A stretch of 32,000 bases of DNA from Trichodesmium erythraeum IMS101 (GCF_000014265.1 NC_008312.1:2940001-2972000); one strand, 5' to 3'; positions 10,101 to 17,879 are shown, numbered from the stretch's first letter. Translations and numbers: made by a program. Notes: generated by a model not told the origin, from the letters alone.

Positions 10101-10771
10101 ATACAAAAATTACGGAAGGAAAGAAAGGTGAGAAAGATATGAAATTTGAAGTCAAGTTAGACAAAAGTAGTAGTCAAATAGTGAGAGTTAATTATGAGAC
10201 TGTTGACGGCAGCGCGAAAGCAGGAAAAGATTATGAGAAGAAAAAGGGAGTCTTAAAATTCCAACCGGGAGAGACGAAAAAGACTGTAAATATTTCTATT
10301 TTGGGAGATACTGTTGATGAAAAGAATGAGAATTTTCGAATCAAACTTAGCGGTGCGAAAAATGCTAATTTGTCAGATAAAAATGCAATAGGTATGATTC
10401 GAAATAACCAGGTGCCAGAGAGTTTCAAAGATGCTGTAGATTTAGGAATTCTTTCTTCAGAACAAACTGTAGTGGTTGATGATATTGGGTTTGCAACTGG
10501 ACCTGTAAATCGTAATACGGAAGATTATTTCTGTTTTAAGGTAGAAAAAGAAGGTTTAGTGAGTATTTTTGTGGATGGTTTTATTCAGGATCTAGGAATT
10601 AAATTGTATGGTGATGATGAGAGTTTACTTAACCAGTCAAACGAGAAAGGTAATACAACTAAAGAAAAGATTAATACTATTTTAGATCCTGGTGTTTATT
10701 ATTTAAAAGTTTTCCCATTGGGAGTGGCTGCAACTGAATATAAGTTAAGGGTTAATATTGTTGATTCGTAA
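4187..10771 (+). CDS. Giant (2194 aa) multi-repeat extracellular/adhesin-like protein: conserved N-terminal module, 7-blade FG-GAP/VCBS propeller, 9 Ser/Thr-rich Ig-like repeats, 6 Calx-beta domains, C-terminal PPC (pre-peptidase C-terminal) domain
   Basis: Single uninterrupted ORF.
- N-terminal module (4187-4810): contains LLEELGHFLDS...SPGDEGELWAGLV, a module I recall at the start of other large cyanobacterial Calx-beta/FG-GAP proteins.
- FG-GAP repeats: seven copies of VEDFNGDGIPDLAVAN...DNVSVL.GKGDG(T/S)FG...NF.VG..P.SVA.
- Ig-like repeats: nine 95-aa repeats with W.DN..E.VKLELYK......I.SST...GSYSWAVPTS...G.DYQVKITS (Kre9/KNH-like Ig pattern).
- Calx-beta units: six 113-aa ISIGDAKVTEG.....F.V.L......V.V.Y.T.DGSAK.G.DY....G.L.F.PG...K...V.ILGD...E..E.F.
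- C-terminus: DYFCFKV...G.VSIFV......LGIKLYGDD........LDPGVYYLKV....V..TEYKLRV, a PPC pattern.
No N-terminal signal peptide is evident (MAEFSKDDNSYYPGEPDP). Confidence 0.9.
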   Translation: MAEFSKDDNSYYPGEPDPLFPETNYHPGTDLDPEIADPIIQCAWGEVRDQLADFILAPELEAHMEMAFGETVDSDMAKNEIQDILTGENLPDIQVLPAADMDPVVGGFDSLTGTIYLADSLWLDTCGAEDGVLEDVLLEELGHFLDSQLSESDSPGDEGELWAGLVKGEELTESEVLRLRAQDDRVEIWVWGILVEVEATQEVYFERVGDFPVGDEPKSVAVEDFNGDGIPDLAVANYSSDNVSVLSGKGDGTFGSPTNFLVGDSPSSVAVEDFNGDGIPDLAVANYSSDNVSVLPGKGDGSFGSTTNFPVGSLPRSVTVEDFNGDGISDLAVANSFSDNVSVLSGKGDGTFGSTTNFRVGNSPKSVTVEDFNGDGISDLAVANTYSDNVSVLLGKGDGTFGSTTNFPVGDDPLSVAVEDFNGDGIPDLAVANYSSYNLLVLFGKGDGSFGLPTNFQVGDGPYSVAARDFNADGIPDLAVANYWDENVSVLFGKGDGSFGSAINFQVGDGPYSVAVEDFNADGIPDLAVANYWDDNVSILINTPINITISPLSTTSLEPGKSYTLEWTDNFRDEVKLELYKDNFLQATISSSTPSDGSFSWTVPTSLTSGSNYNIKMTKVNDSSIYDYSNNFTIEPNKEVNITFPSNFTSLQTGQSYDIQWTDNIDENVKLELYKGGSFNSTISSSTESDGSYSWAVPTSVTTGSDYQVKITSISDSSLSDFSNSNFTIKPEDFITVSSPDGGNTLELGKTYRINWSDNIDENVKLELYKAGSFFGTISSSTASNGSYSWAVPTSLTSGSDYQVKITSVSDSSISDLSNSNFTIKPEDFITVSSPDGGNTLEPGKTYTINWSDNIDENVKLELYKAGSFFGTISSSTASNGSYSWAVPTSLSTGSDYQVKITSISDSSISDLSNSNFTIKPEDFITVSSPDGGNTLELGKTYTINWSDNIDENVKLELYKAGSFFGTISSSTASNGSYSWAVPTSLTSGSDYQVKITSVSDSSISDLSNSNFTIKPEDFITVSSPDGGNTLELGKTYTINWSDNIDENVKLELYKAGSFFGTISSSTASNGSYSWAVPTSVTSGSDYQVKITSISDSSISDLSNSNFTIKPEDFITVSSPDGGNTLEPGKTYTINWSDNIDENVKLELYKAGSFFGNISSSTASNGSYSWAVPTSLSTGNDYQVKITSISDSSLSDFSNSNFTIKPEDFITVSSPDGGNTLEPGKTYTINWRDNIDENVKLELYKAGSFFGNISSSTASNGSYSWAVPTSLTSGSDYQVKITSISDSSLSDLSNSNFTIKPEDFITVSSPDGGNTLKRGKNYRITWRDNIDENVKVELYKAGFLFGTISSSTESDGSYSWAVPTSLSTGNDYQVKVTSISDGSLSDFSNSNFTIKPEDLAKISIGDTKITEGNTNKAAKFKVTLDNPTTETVKVNYTTANQTAKVNQDYKLTKGTLTFRPGETNKTITVPILGDKRDEAEEKFNLNLSRPRNAKLKDAQAIGTIVDNDQPPQISIGDAKVTEGNKGKKNMEFEVKLNDPSGKTVKVSYGTVEGSAKSGKDYQKTSGVLTFKPGQRKKILNVPILGDTRDEKNENFQVKLSGAKNAKLSDKNAVGVIRDNDETVPQISIGDAKVTEGNKGKKNMEFEVELNKGSSKTVKVSYGTVDGSAKSGKDYQKTSGVLTFKPGQRKKILNVPILGDTREEKNENFQVKLSGAKNAKLSDKNAVGVIRDNDETVPQISIGDAKVTEGNKGKKNMEFEVELNKGSSKTVKVSYGTVEGSAKSGKDYQKTSGVLTFKPGQRKKILNVPILGDTRDEKNEQFQVKLSGAKNAKLSDKNAVGVIRDNDETVPQISIGDAKVTEGNKGKKNMEFEVELNKGSSKTVKVSYGTVDGSAKSGKDYQKTSGVLTFKPGQRKKILNVPILGDTRDEKNENFQVKLSGAKNAKLSDKNAVGVIRDNDEIIGKTPQISIKDTKITEGKKGEKDMKFEVKLDKSSSQIVRVNYETVDGSAKAGKDYEKKKGVLKFQPGETKKTVNISILGDTVDEKNENFRIKLSGAKNANLSDKNAIGMIRNNQVPESFKDAVDLGILSSEQTVVVDDIGFATGPVNRNTEDYFCFKVEKEGLVSIFVDGFIQDLGIKLYGDDESLLNQSNEKGNTTKEKINTILDPGVYYLKVFPLGVAATEYKLRVNIVDS
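4811..5810 (+). repeat. Intragenic 147-bp (49-aa) tandem repeat x7 encoding FG-GAP/VCBS blades
   Basis: gtagaagattttaatggagatggc recurs at 4850, 4997, 5144, 5291 and 5438, with variants at 5585 and 5732. The period is exactly 147 bp and in frame. Confidence 0.9.
5819..8374 (+). repeat. Intragenic 285-bp (95-aa) tandem repeat: 2 diverged plus 7 near-identical units (Ser/Thr-rich Ig-like domain)
   Basis: gaagacttcatcacagttagttcccccgacgg recurs at 6380, 6665 ... with an exact 285-bp period through 8374. Neighbouring units differ by only a few nucleotides. Confidence 0.9.
8390..10405 (+). repeat. Intragenic 339-bp (113-aa) tandem repeat x6 encoding Calx-beta domains (4 central units near-identical)
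   Basis: caaatatctattggggatgcgaaggtgactgag occurs at 8720, 9059, 9398 and 9737 (exact 339-bp period). Diverged units flank this block at 8390 and 10083. Confidence 0.9.
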
Positions 10772-10894
10772 TCAAATTTTTCAGTCATTAATTATCAGTA
10801 AATATTCTAATTGGATATCTCCAAAATCAGAGTTAATATTGATGTTAATATTATCGAAAAATTTGTTTAAAGCTATATAATAATGACTTAAATT

Positions 10895-12805
10895 TGAGAA
10901 TATTTAATAACCACCCGAAAGAAATAAAAATATTTATTGGTTTTACTGAGCCGGCTGTTTCAAAAATTCAGATAAGGTCTTCAAGTTTTAGCCGAAAATA
11001 CAAAATGGAAATAGCTGAAGGAGAAAAATGATTAATTACAGCAAAAGGCGATAGAAAAAAAATTAAAATTCGAGTGACTCAGGCATTAGAATATCTCAAT
11101 AACTATCCGAAAGAAATAAAAATATTTATTGGTTTTACTGAGCCGGCTGTTTCAAAAATTCAGATAAGGTCTTCAAGTTTTAGCCGAAAATACAAAATGG
11201 AAATAGCTGAAGGAGAAAAATGATTAATTACAGCAAAAGGCGATAGAAAAAAAATTAAAATTCGAGTGACTCAGGCATTAGAATATCTCAATAACTATCC
11301 GAAAGAAATAAAAATATTTATTAGTGTTACTGAGCCGGCTGTTTCAAAAATTCAGATAAAGTCTTCAAGTTTTAGCCGAAAATACAAAATGGAAATAGCT
11401 GAAGGAGAAAAATGATTAATTACAGCAAAAGGCGATAGAAAAAAAATTAAAATTCGAGTGACTCAGGCATTAGAATATCTCAATAACTATCCGAAAGAAA
11501 TAAAAATATTTATTAGTGTTACTGAGCCGGCTGTTTCAAAAATTCAGATAAGGTCTTCAAGTTTTAGCCGAAAATACAAAATGGAAATAGCTGAAGGAGA
11601 AAAATGATTAATTACAGCAAAAGGCGATAGAAAAAAAATTAAAATTCGAGTGACTCAGGCATTAAAATATCTCAATAACTATCCGAAAGAAATAAAAATA
11701 TTTATTAGTGTTACTGAGCCGGCTGTTTCAAAAATTCAGATAAAGTCTTCAAGTTTTAGCCGAAAATACAAAATGGAAATAGCTGAAGGAGAAAAATGAT
11801 TAATTACAGCAAAAGGCGATAGAAAAAAAATTAAAATTCGAGTGACTCAGGCATTAGAATATCTCAATAACTATCCGAAAGAAATAAAAATATTTATTAG
11901 TGTTACTGAGCCGGCTGTTTCAAAAATTCAGATAAAGTCTTCAAGTTTTAGCCGAAAATACAAAATGGAAATAGCTGAAGGAGAAAAATGATTAATTACA
12001 GCAAAAGGCGATAGAAAAAAAATTAAAATTCGAGTGACTCAGGCATTAGAATATCTCAATAACTATCCGAAAGAAATAAAAATATTTATTAGTGTTACTG
12101 AGCCGGCTGTTTCAAAAATTCAGATAAAGTCTTCAAGTTTTAGCCGAAAATACAAAATGGAAATAGCTGAAGGAGAAAAATGATTAATTACAGCAAAAGG
12201 CGATAGAAAAAAAATTAAAATTCGAGTGACTCAGGCATTAAAATATCTCAATAACTATCCGAAAAAAATAAAAATATTTATTAGTGTTACTGAGCCGGCT
12301 GTTTCAAAAATTCAGATAAAGTCTTCAAGTTTTAGCCGAAAATACAAAATGGAAATAGCTGAAGGAGAAAAATGATTAATTACAGCAAAAGGCGATAGAA
12401 AAAAAATTAAAATTCGAGTGACTCAGGCATTAAAATATCTCAATAACTATCCGAAAGAAATAAAAATATTTATTGGTGTTACTGAGCCGGCTGTTTCAAA
12501 AATTCAGATAAAGTCTTCAAGTTTTAGCCGAAAATACAAAATGGAAATAGCTGAAGGAGAAAAATGATTAATTACAGCAAAAGGCGATAGAAAAAAAATT
12601 AAAATTCGAGTGACTCAGGCATTAGAATATCTCAATAACTATCCGAAAGAAATAAAAATATTTATTGGTTTTACTGAGCCGGCTGTTTCAAAAATTCAGA
12701 TAAAGTCTTCAAGTTTTAGCCGAAAATACAAAATGGAAATAGCTGAAGGAGAAAAATGATTAATTACAGCAAAAGGCGATAGAAAAAAAATTAAAATCCG
12801 AGTCG
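10895..12805. repeat. 192-bp tandem repeat, about 10 units, starting about 125 nt after the giant gene's stop codon
   Basis: ccgaaagaaataaaaatattt occurs at 10915, 11107, 11299, 11491, 11683 ... (exact 192-bp period). Units are near-identical with a few variant positions (ggtttt/agtgtt/ggtgtt; aggtct/aagtct; tagaat/taaaat). The track has no ORF of 60 aa or more here. Confidence 0.97.
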
Positions 12806-12887
12806 GAAATAATATTAAATTTATACTATTTAGGTTATATTTTGACGTTCATTTACTCATTTTTTTGGGAAATTTTGGCAAATATAA

Positions 12888-13380
12888 TTTACTAATATCT
12901 ACGCCATAAATGCGTGCTTTTATATTTTTTTTGCTCCTATTAATAATGATATTTTATATATTATTAGTATTTTTATTTTATCTATCATTTTTTATCAAAT
13001 TTTTCAATAATTTTTTGATTAAAAACTAACAACAAAAAACAGTAAATTAATTTTTTTGTGTGTAGCGATCGCTATAATATAGCACCATATAAATACTAAT
13101 ATATACGCCATAAATATGTGATTTTATATTTTTTTGCTCCTATAAATAATTTAGTTTATATATATAAAATTTATTTTTTTTGATGTTATTTTTTAGTAAA
13201 TTAGCCAATAAATTTTTGAGTAAAAACTAACAGAAATAAACAGATAATTATTTTTTTCCTGTGGAGCGATCGCTATTAATAGTATTATATCAGTGTTTCT
13301 ACTTACTCCTTAAATGTGTGATGCTGCATTTGTTTTTGCTGCTATAAATTTTGATATTGATATTATATATATAACTATAG
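12888..13380. repeat. Degenerate ~201-204-bp tandem repeat, about 2.5 copies, extremely AT-rich, each full copy ending in a HIP1 site
   Basis: The following segments align: tactaatatctacgccataaatgcgtgcttttatatttttt..gctcctattaataat (12890), tactaatatatacgccataaatatgtgattttatattttt..gctcctataaataat (13094) and tacttactccttaaatgtgtgatgctgcatttgttttt..gctgctataaatttt (13301). HIP1 sites lie at 13065 and 13266. Confidence 0.8.
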
Positions 13381-13428
13381 TCTAACTGACTTGCAGTTTA
13401 GTGCAAATCTCTATTTGTTAGATAAAGA

Positions 13429-13472
13429 GGAGTTGGTGAAGGCTAAACCTTCACCAACTCCCCTCCTATTTT
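13429..13472 (+). terminator. Strong hairpin (14-bp perfect stem, 5-nt loop) followed by a T-rich tract; candidate plus-strand intrinsic terminator or structured RNA element
   Basis: GGAGTTGGTGAAGG (13429-13442), loop ctaaa, then CCTTCACCAACTCC (13448-13461), followed by cctcctatttta. No annotated gene lies upstream on the plus strand other than the repeat arrays. Confidence 0.5.
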
Positions 13473-14634
13473 AGGTTTATTATTGATAAAAAAAATACTT
13501 TAAATACTCTTGAAAATATGACAAAAAAGGGTTAAAAATCAAACAAAAAAAACAATAAAAATGAAATATTGGATAATTATTGAGGCTAAAAAAAGCAGAA
13601 ATTAATTATCGCAATATAGTTTAAATATTTAAAAAAAATTATATTTTATATCAGTCTATTAAACTGTAAAAATATCAGAATAATCAGCTTTTTTTTATCA
13701 CAATTAAATCTACAAAATTGCCGAAAATACATACAAAATTTTTTAGGATTAAAACAATTTATTTTACCTATATTCTGATTTTTTTAGTCAATATTCTGAT
13801 AAGAAAATGCTTTTATTTCAATCATAAGTAGTATTAACTTTAGATATAAACTAGTGAAAAAATATCAATATATTAATAATAAGTGTAGTTTAGAAAAAAA
13901 GAACATTATCTATATACTAAAACAATTAAGTTATCAATATCCAAGTAATATAACAGAACAACAAGGAGTAATTCGTCATATTTTAAGATTATTGAAAAAA
14001 TTTAACTAATTTTAGTAATAGATAGGAAATTACATAGTATCCATCTATCATGTTGGTTAAAAAATTATCCTCAAAAATATCTATACTTTCCATTTCTACA
14101 AAAAAACGAAATTAAGGGTGCTAGTAAATATTGTAAACTCGAGAAATTAAAAGTAAAATTTGGCTAAAAAAATTATTATTAAATCAAAAAAAATAAAAAA
14201 ATCAAGCAAGTCTTTCTATGCAATTTGTTGATATATAAAAAGCGCAAAATTAACCAGAAAAATATATCAAAACCTAGTAAATTATTAGTAATTTATTTTC
14301 GCTAGATAAAATTAATAAAGTATATAGTCAAAAAATAGAAATCAAGGATATGTTTGAAAAAATGTAATAATTGAAATTACAATTTTGAATAAGCAAAAGC
14401 AAACAAAAAAAATGAAATAATTTTATTGTAGTTTTATTCAATAATAGGTAGAGAATTTAGTACATTACATTCTCATAAGCTACCCTATTATCGAAAAGGA
14501 ATTAAAGCTATCTCAAAGATTAATACTCTGTAGAATCGTTTTCTTGTTTTTTTCTTGAATTATCAACTCTTTTTTATAATCTTTTTAAGAGCATTTAGAG
14601 TATTTTTTTTGAATAAATAATCAACTAAAATAGA

Positions 14635-14671
14635 GGGGAGTTTTTGAAAGCGAAGGGTTCACCAACTCCCC
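14635..14671 (+). repeat. Diverged second copy of the 13429 hairpin element (shared right arm TTCACCAACTCCCC)
   Basis: GGGGAGTT-tttgaaagcgaagggttcacc-AACTCCCC. The right arm gttcaccaactcccc closely matches cttcaccaactcccc at 13449-13463, and the left arm is partly mutated. Confidence 0.4.
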
Positions 14672-14959
14672 CTTATTAAAAATAAGCTTTCCATTGGACT
14701 TGAATTACTATTCAGCTTAACCTGTAAATTCCTTGAGATATTTATTTTCCAGCTAGCTTGTCACCCCGTGATCATTTTTACTTAATGTATGGGTATGAAA
14801 TGATTGTTATACTTTTTAGTTTAAGTCTTTACAAGCCAACAAGTCGAAAATAATCATTAAATTAAAAAAAACTACTAAAAAGTCGCTTTTCTAGGGCAAG
14901 GCTTCAAACCAAGTTTTTTGGTAATATATTATTGTTGATAAGCTAAAACTTAAGCAAAT

Positions 14960-15835
14960 ATGGCTCTAACAAAAACACAACTAATTGGTTTAAAAGCAAA
15001 TCATTTTCGGCATCCCTTAGATCTAGAGGCAACAAATGCTTTGAAGCAACTTCCTGGTATAGACCTCTTAGTTAGACAGTTGTTAAGTCCATTAGGTGAG
15101 CAATTTTTCTATATGGAAAATATTGCTTCCAGTGTTCTCGTCAGTGAAGCACAACTGCCAAATTTACACAAAACACTATTAGACGCTTGTCAAGCACTTG
15201 ACATAGAACCACCCCAATTATATATTCGTCAAAATCCTGTACCTAATGCTTATACATTTGCTATGCGAGGGAAGCAACCTTTTATTGTTGTTCATACATC
15301 TCTAATAGAGTTGCTCAACTTAGAGGAGATCCAAGCAGTATTAGGTCATGAGCTAGGACATCTTAAATGTGAGCATGGAGTATATCTTACCCTAGGTAAC
15401 TTAATTGTACTTGCTGCTGGACAAATTTCGACATGGGGTGGCATAATAGCCCAAAGCTTACAAAGCAAAATACTAGAATGGCTAAGATGTGCCGAATTTA
15501 GTTGTGATCGCGCAGCCCTACTGGCCACACAAAATTCTCAAGTAGTTGTATCAGCTTTGATGAAGTTAGCTGGTGGTTCTCCAACAATATCACCTCAACT
15601 TAATGTAGATGCTTTTTTAGCTCAGGCAAGAGCTTATAATGAACTTAGTAATACAGAAGTTGGTGAAGTATTAAAGGAAGTCCAAACGGCTCAACTAACT
15701 CATCCTCTACCTGTATTGAGGGCCAAAGAAATTGATATGTGGGCAAGTAGCAAAAAATATCAGGATATATTGCAAAATTTAGCAAAAGATGTGTATAATA
15801 ATCAAAGGATTAAGGGCGGGTGGCGAAATTGGTAG
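14960..15835 (+). CDS. M48-family zinc metallopeptidase (HtpX/Ste24-like)
   Basis: 291-aa ORF with HExxH at VLGHELGHLKCEH. It shows the context typical of cyanobacterial M48 peptidases (FAMRGKQPFIVVHTSLIELL..EEIQAVLGHELGH...EFSCDRAALL). The last 22 nt overlap the tRNA gene. Confidence 0.85.
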   Translation: MALTKTQLIGLKANHFRHPLDLEATNALKQLPGIDLLVRQLLSPLGEQFFYMENIASSVLVSEAQLPNLHKTLLDACQALDIEPPQLYIRQNPVPNAYTFAMRGKQPFIVVHTSLIELLNLEEIQAVLGHELGHLKCEHGVYLTLGNLIVLAAGQISTWGGIIAQSLQSKILEWLRCAEFSCDRAALLATQNSQVVVSALMKLAGGSPTISPQLNVDAFLAQARAYNELSNTEVGEVLKEVQTAQLTHPLPVLRAKEIDMWASSKKYQDILQNLAKDVYNNQRIKGGWRNW

Positions 15836-15895
15836 ACGCACCACACTCAAAATGTGGCGACTTCGGTCGTGAGAGTTCGAGTCTCTCTCCGCCCA
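15814..15895 (+). tRNA. tRNA-Leu (anticodon CAA), 82 nt, no encoded CCA
   Basis: Hand-folded cloverleaf:
- acceptor GGGCGGG/TCCGCCC (one G-U pair)
- D arm GCG-AAATTGGTAGA-CGC
- anticodon stem CCACA/TGTGG with loop CT-CAA-AA
- long variable arm CGAC-TTCG-GTCG
- T arm GAGAG-TTCGAGT-CTCTC
- discriminator A. Confidence 0.92.
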
Positions 15896-16693
15896 TAACA
15901 GTTGACTATATAGTTTTAGATTTCTAAGTAGGGTTCAGAATATGGCAAAATATATGAAAAGATTGGAGTATTTTAGTCAATAAAGGGGAAATATTAAAGT
16001 TAAGTCAGCAAATTATCTGCAAGATTAGCGCAAAATTTAAAATTAGGTTGAATAGTTAATAAAAAGGGAACAACAAATAAATAGTTCCTTTTTATTAATA
16101 GATTCGGTGGATTAACAACTTCTAAATAATCTCTAAATATTTATTTGCTTTTCCTATATATTTGACTAGTAATAATCTACAACTAGTGTTTTTTATTTAA
16201 ATTCCTTATATTGAAAGGTTTTTACTGATAAAGATCACTATACCTATAGAATTACCCTTTGACTTTTTCTATTAGGACAAACAGTCTCTCTAACCTAATC
16301 AGTTCATTGCTGTTACTCCTACTAATTATTAAGAATTTCTTCTAACTCAGTTTTTAAGTTTTCCCATGATTCTATTAAAAAATTAGATATTAGACTTTAC
16401 TGATTAATTTATGCCGAACCTTTCTACCAAGTAATTAACCTTTATCTATGATGACCAAGATTTCAGCAATTTTCCTTAAGCTTAAACCTAAATAACTAGG
16501 ACTGTTAGAAAAACCCAGTCTATCAAGCACCGAATATTTAAACAAATGATAACTAATTTAGAAAGTTCTGCATTTAATGCAAGTCAACCATTATCATAAT
16601 AGAGCACTTAATAGAGCGGGAATATTCGTAAATTAAAAGGTCACTAATAGCAACTACTTGGGTAATTTTTCTAGACTATAAATTCTTTCTAAT

Positions 16694-16987
16694 CTAAGGA
16701 AGATGTTTTTTATTTATATTTAGAATTGGTAGTTGTGGACGAGACGAATTAGGAGGCAAATAATATTCTGGAACAGCACTAGATTGCTCAATATGAGAAC
16801 CCTTGAGCAGATAGAGGCGTAATATAATGGCAACTCCTACAGTTCCCATTCCTAGAAAAAATAAAGACCAACTTGATTCGACACCTCCAATGACGGCATC
16901 AACTGCTCCCATTGTCACTACAAAGCTGACTACTGGATCTTTTCGATAAGCTGTTTTAAGAATTTTTAGCCATAAAGCATTGATCAT
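16694..16987 (-). CDS. Small hypothetical membrane protein (97 aa, two predicted TM helices)
   Basis: ORF with two hydrophobic stretches, VVSFVVTMGAVDAVIGGV and SLFFLGMGTVGVAIILRLYLL, and a Pro-rich tail. No family recognised. Confidence 0.5.
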   Translation of the reverse strand: MINALWLKILKTAYRKDPVVSFVVTMGAVDAVIGGVESSWSLFFLGMGTVGVAIILRLYLLKGSHIEQSSAVPEYYLPPNSSRPQLPILNINKKHLP

Positions 16988-17063
16988 AAGCTTAATTTAG
17001 TACAAAATAGATTTTCAGTATACTTATTTATTTGACGTAAGGAGATTGACACTCTCCCGACGC

Positions 17064-17879
17064 TTATCCTACAAGACATTTGCGGAAAATTCCCAATTCA
17101 TCAATATTAAGGGCTTTCTGCTTCATCGTACTTGCCCTCCGAGATTTACTCTCTTCAGGTCTTACAGTCGCGACCCAGACTGACACTGCCTGTCCGGTAG
17201 CCAAAATGTTTATACTTGCGTTTAGATAACTATCATGGTGACTAGCGCTTTCAGGACAGTCCCATTGTCTAATATTTAAAGATAATTTTTCTACTATATG
17301 AATACAATTAGAGTAACGTTTAGAACTAGGAAAATATCTGTCAATTTTTATTAATGTACGACTATACCATTGAGCTTTGTATTCTAATTGCTTCACTAAT
17401 TCTCCCCAATTAGCATCACTTATTGCTATCGTACTGGGTATACAACCTAGTAGTAATTGCCTGCTCCATCTAATATATAATTGTTCTGCATACTTAGCTA
17501 AATAGACTTGACCATCTTTACATTTGAAGGCTGACTTTGTAAACGTAGCACTACCAACATTTCTTTTTTTCTTGGAATTAGGATATTTAGTATGTCCACT
17601 AAAAAGGTTATTAGAAGCCGTTTTTAAATATCTTAAGCTTTGCTGTAATACTACACTGCTTACTTCAGGGAGAAAACTTAAATATTCCGGTTTTTTCCAA
17701 GAAGTCAATATAGCTGAAGTTTGTTTATAGCTCACTCTTTCTGGGTGTTCATGCCAAGCTTGAGTTCTAGTTGCTAAAGCTTTGTTGTAGATGAGGTGTA
17801 TACAACCCAAAATCCTCAGCAACAGAATTTCCTGCTCTGGAGTTGGATAAAATCTAAATTTGTATGCTTTTTGGACCAT
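17064..17879 (-). pseudogene. tnpB: Decayed TnpB (IS200/IS605-family OrfB, RNA-guided nuclease family) with a large internal deletion
   Basis: - N-terminus MVQKAYKFRFYPTPEQEILLLR..GC...IYNKAL is the classic TnpB start.
- C-terminal ISDANWGELVKQLEYKAQWYSRTLIKIDRYFPSSKR.SNC.H matches the TnpB RuvC-II/zinc-finger region.
- Only 271 aa against about 400 expected. The segment between ..PSTIAI and SDANWGE (RuvC-I and central region) is missing.
- Zinc-finger cysteines are replaced (YSNCIH, CPESA) and HDRDxNA reads HDSYLNA. Confidence 0.8.

Noticed and set aside
5044-10428. Antisense track ORFs inside the giant gene (5044..5463, 8302..8490, 8456..8722, 9008..9211, 9347..9550, 9686..9889, 10231..10428)
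   Set aside because: All lie opposite a long, well-supported CDS. They recur with the same 339-bp or 147-bp period simply because the DNA repeats. Their peptides are low-complexity.
10895-12805. The 192-bp array as a CRISPR locus, or the per-unit TGA as a selenocysteine codon
   Set aside because: Whole units are near-identical with no spacers. No SECIS-like hairpin follows the TGA (tgattaattacagcaaaaggcgatag is unstructured). Inter-unit substitutions are all non-synonymous.
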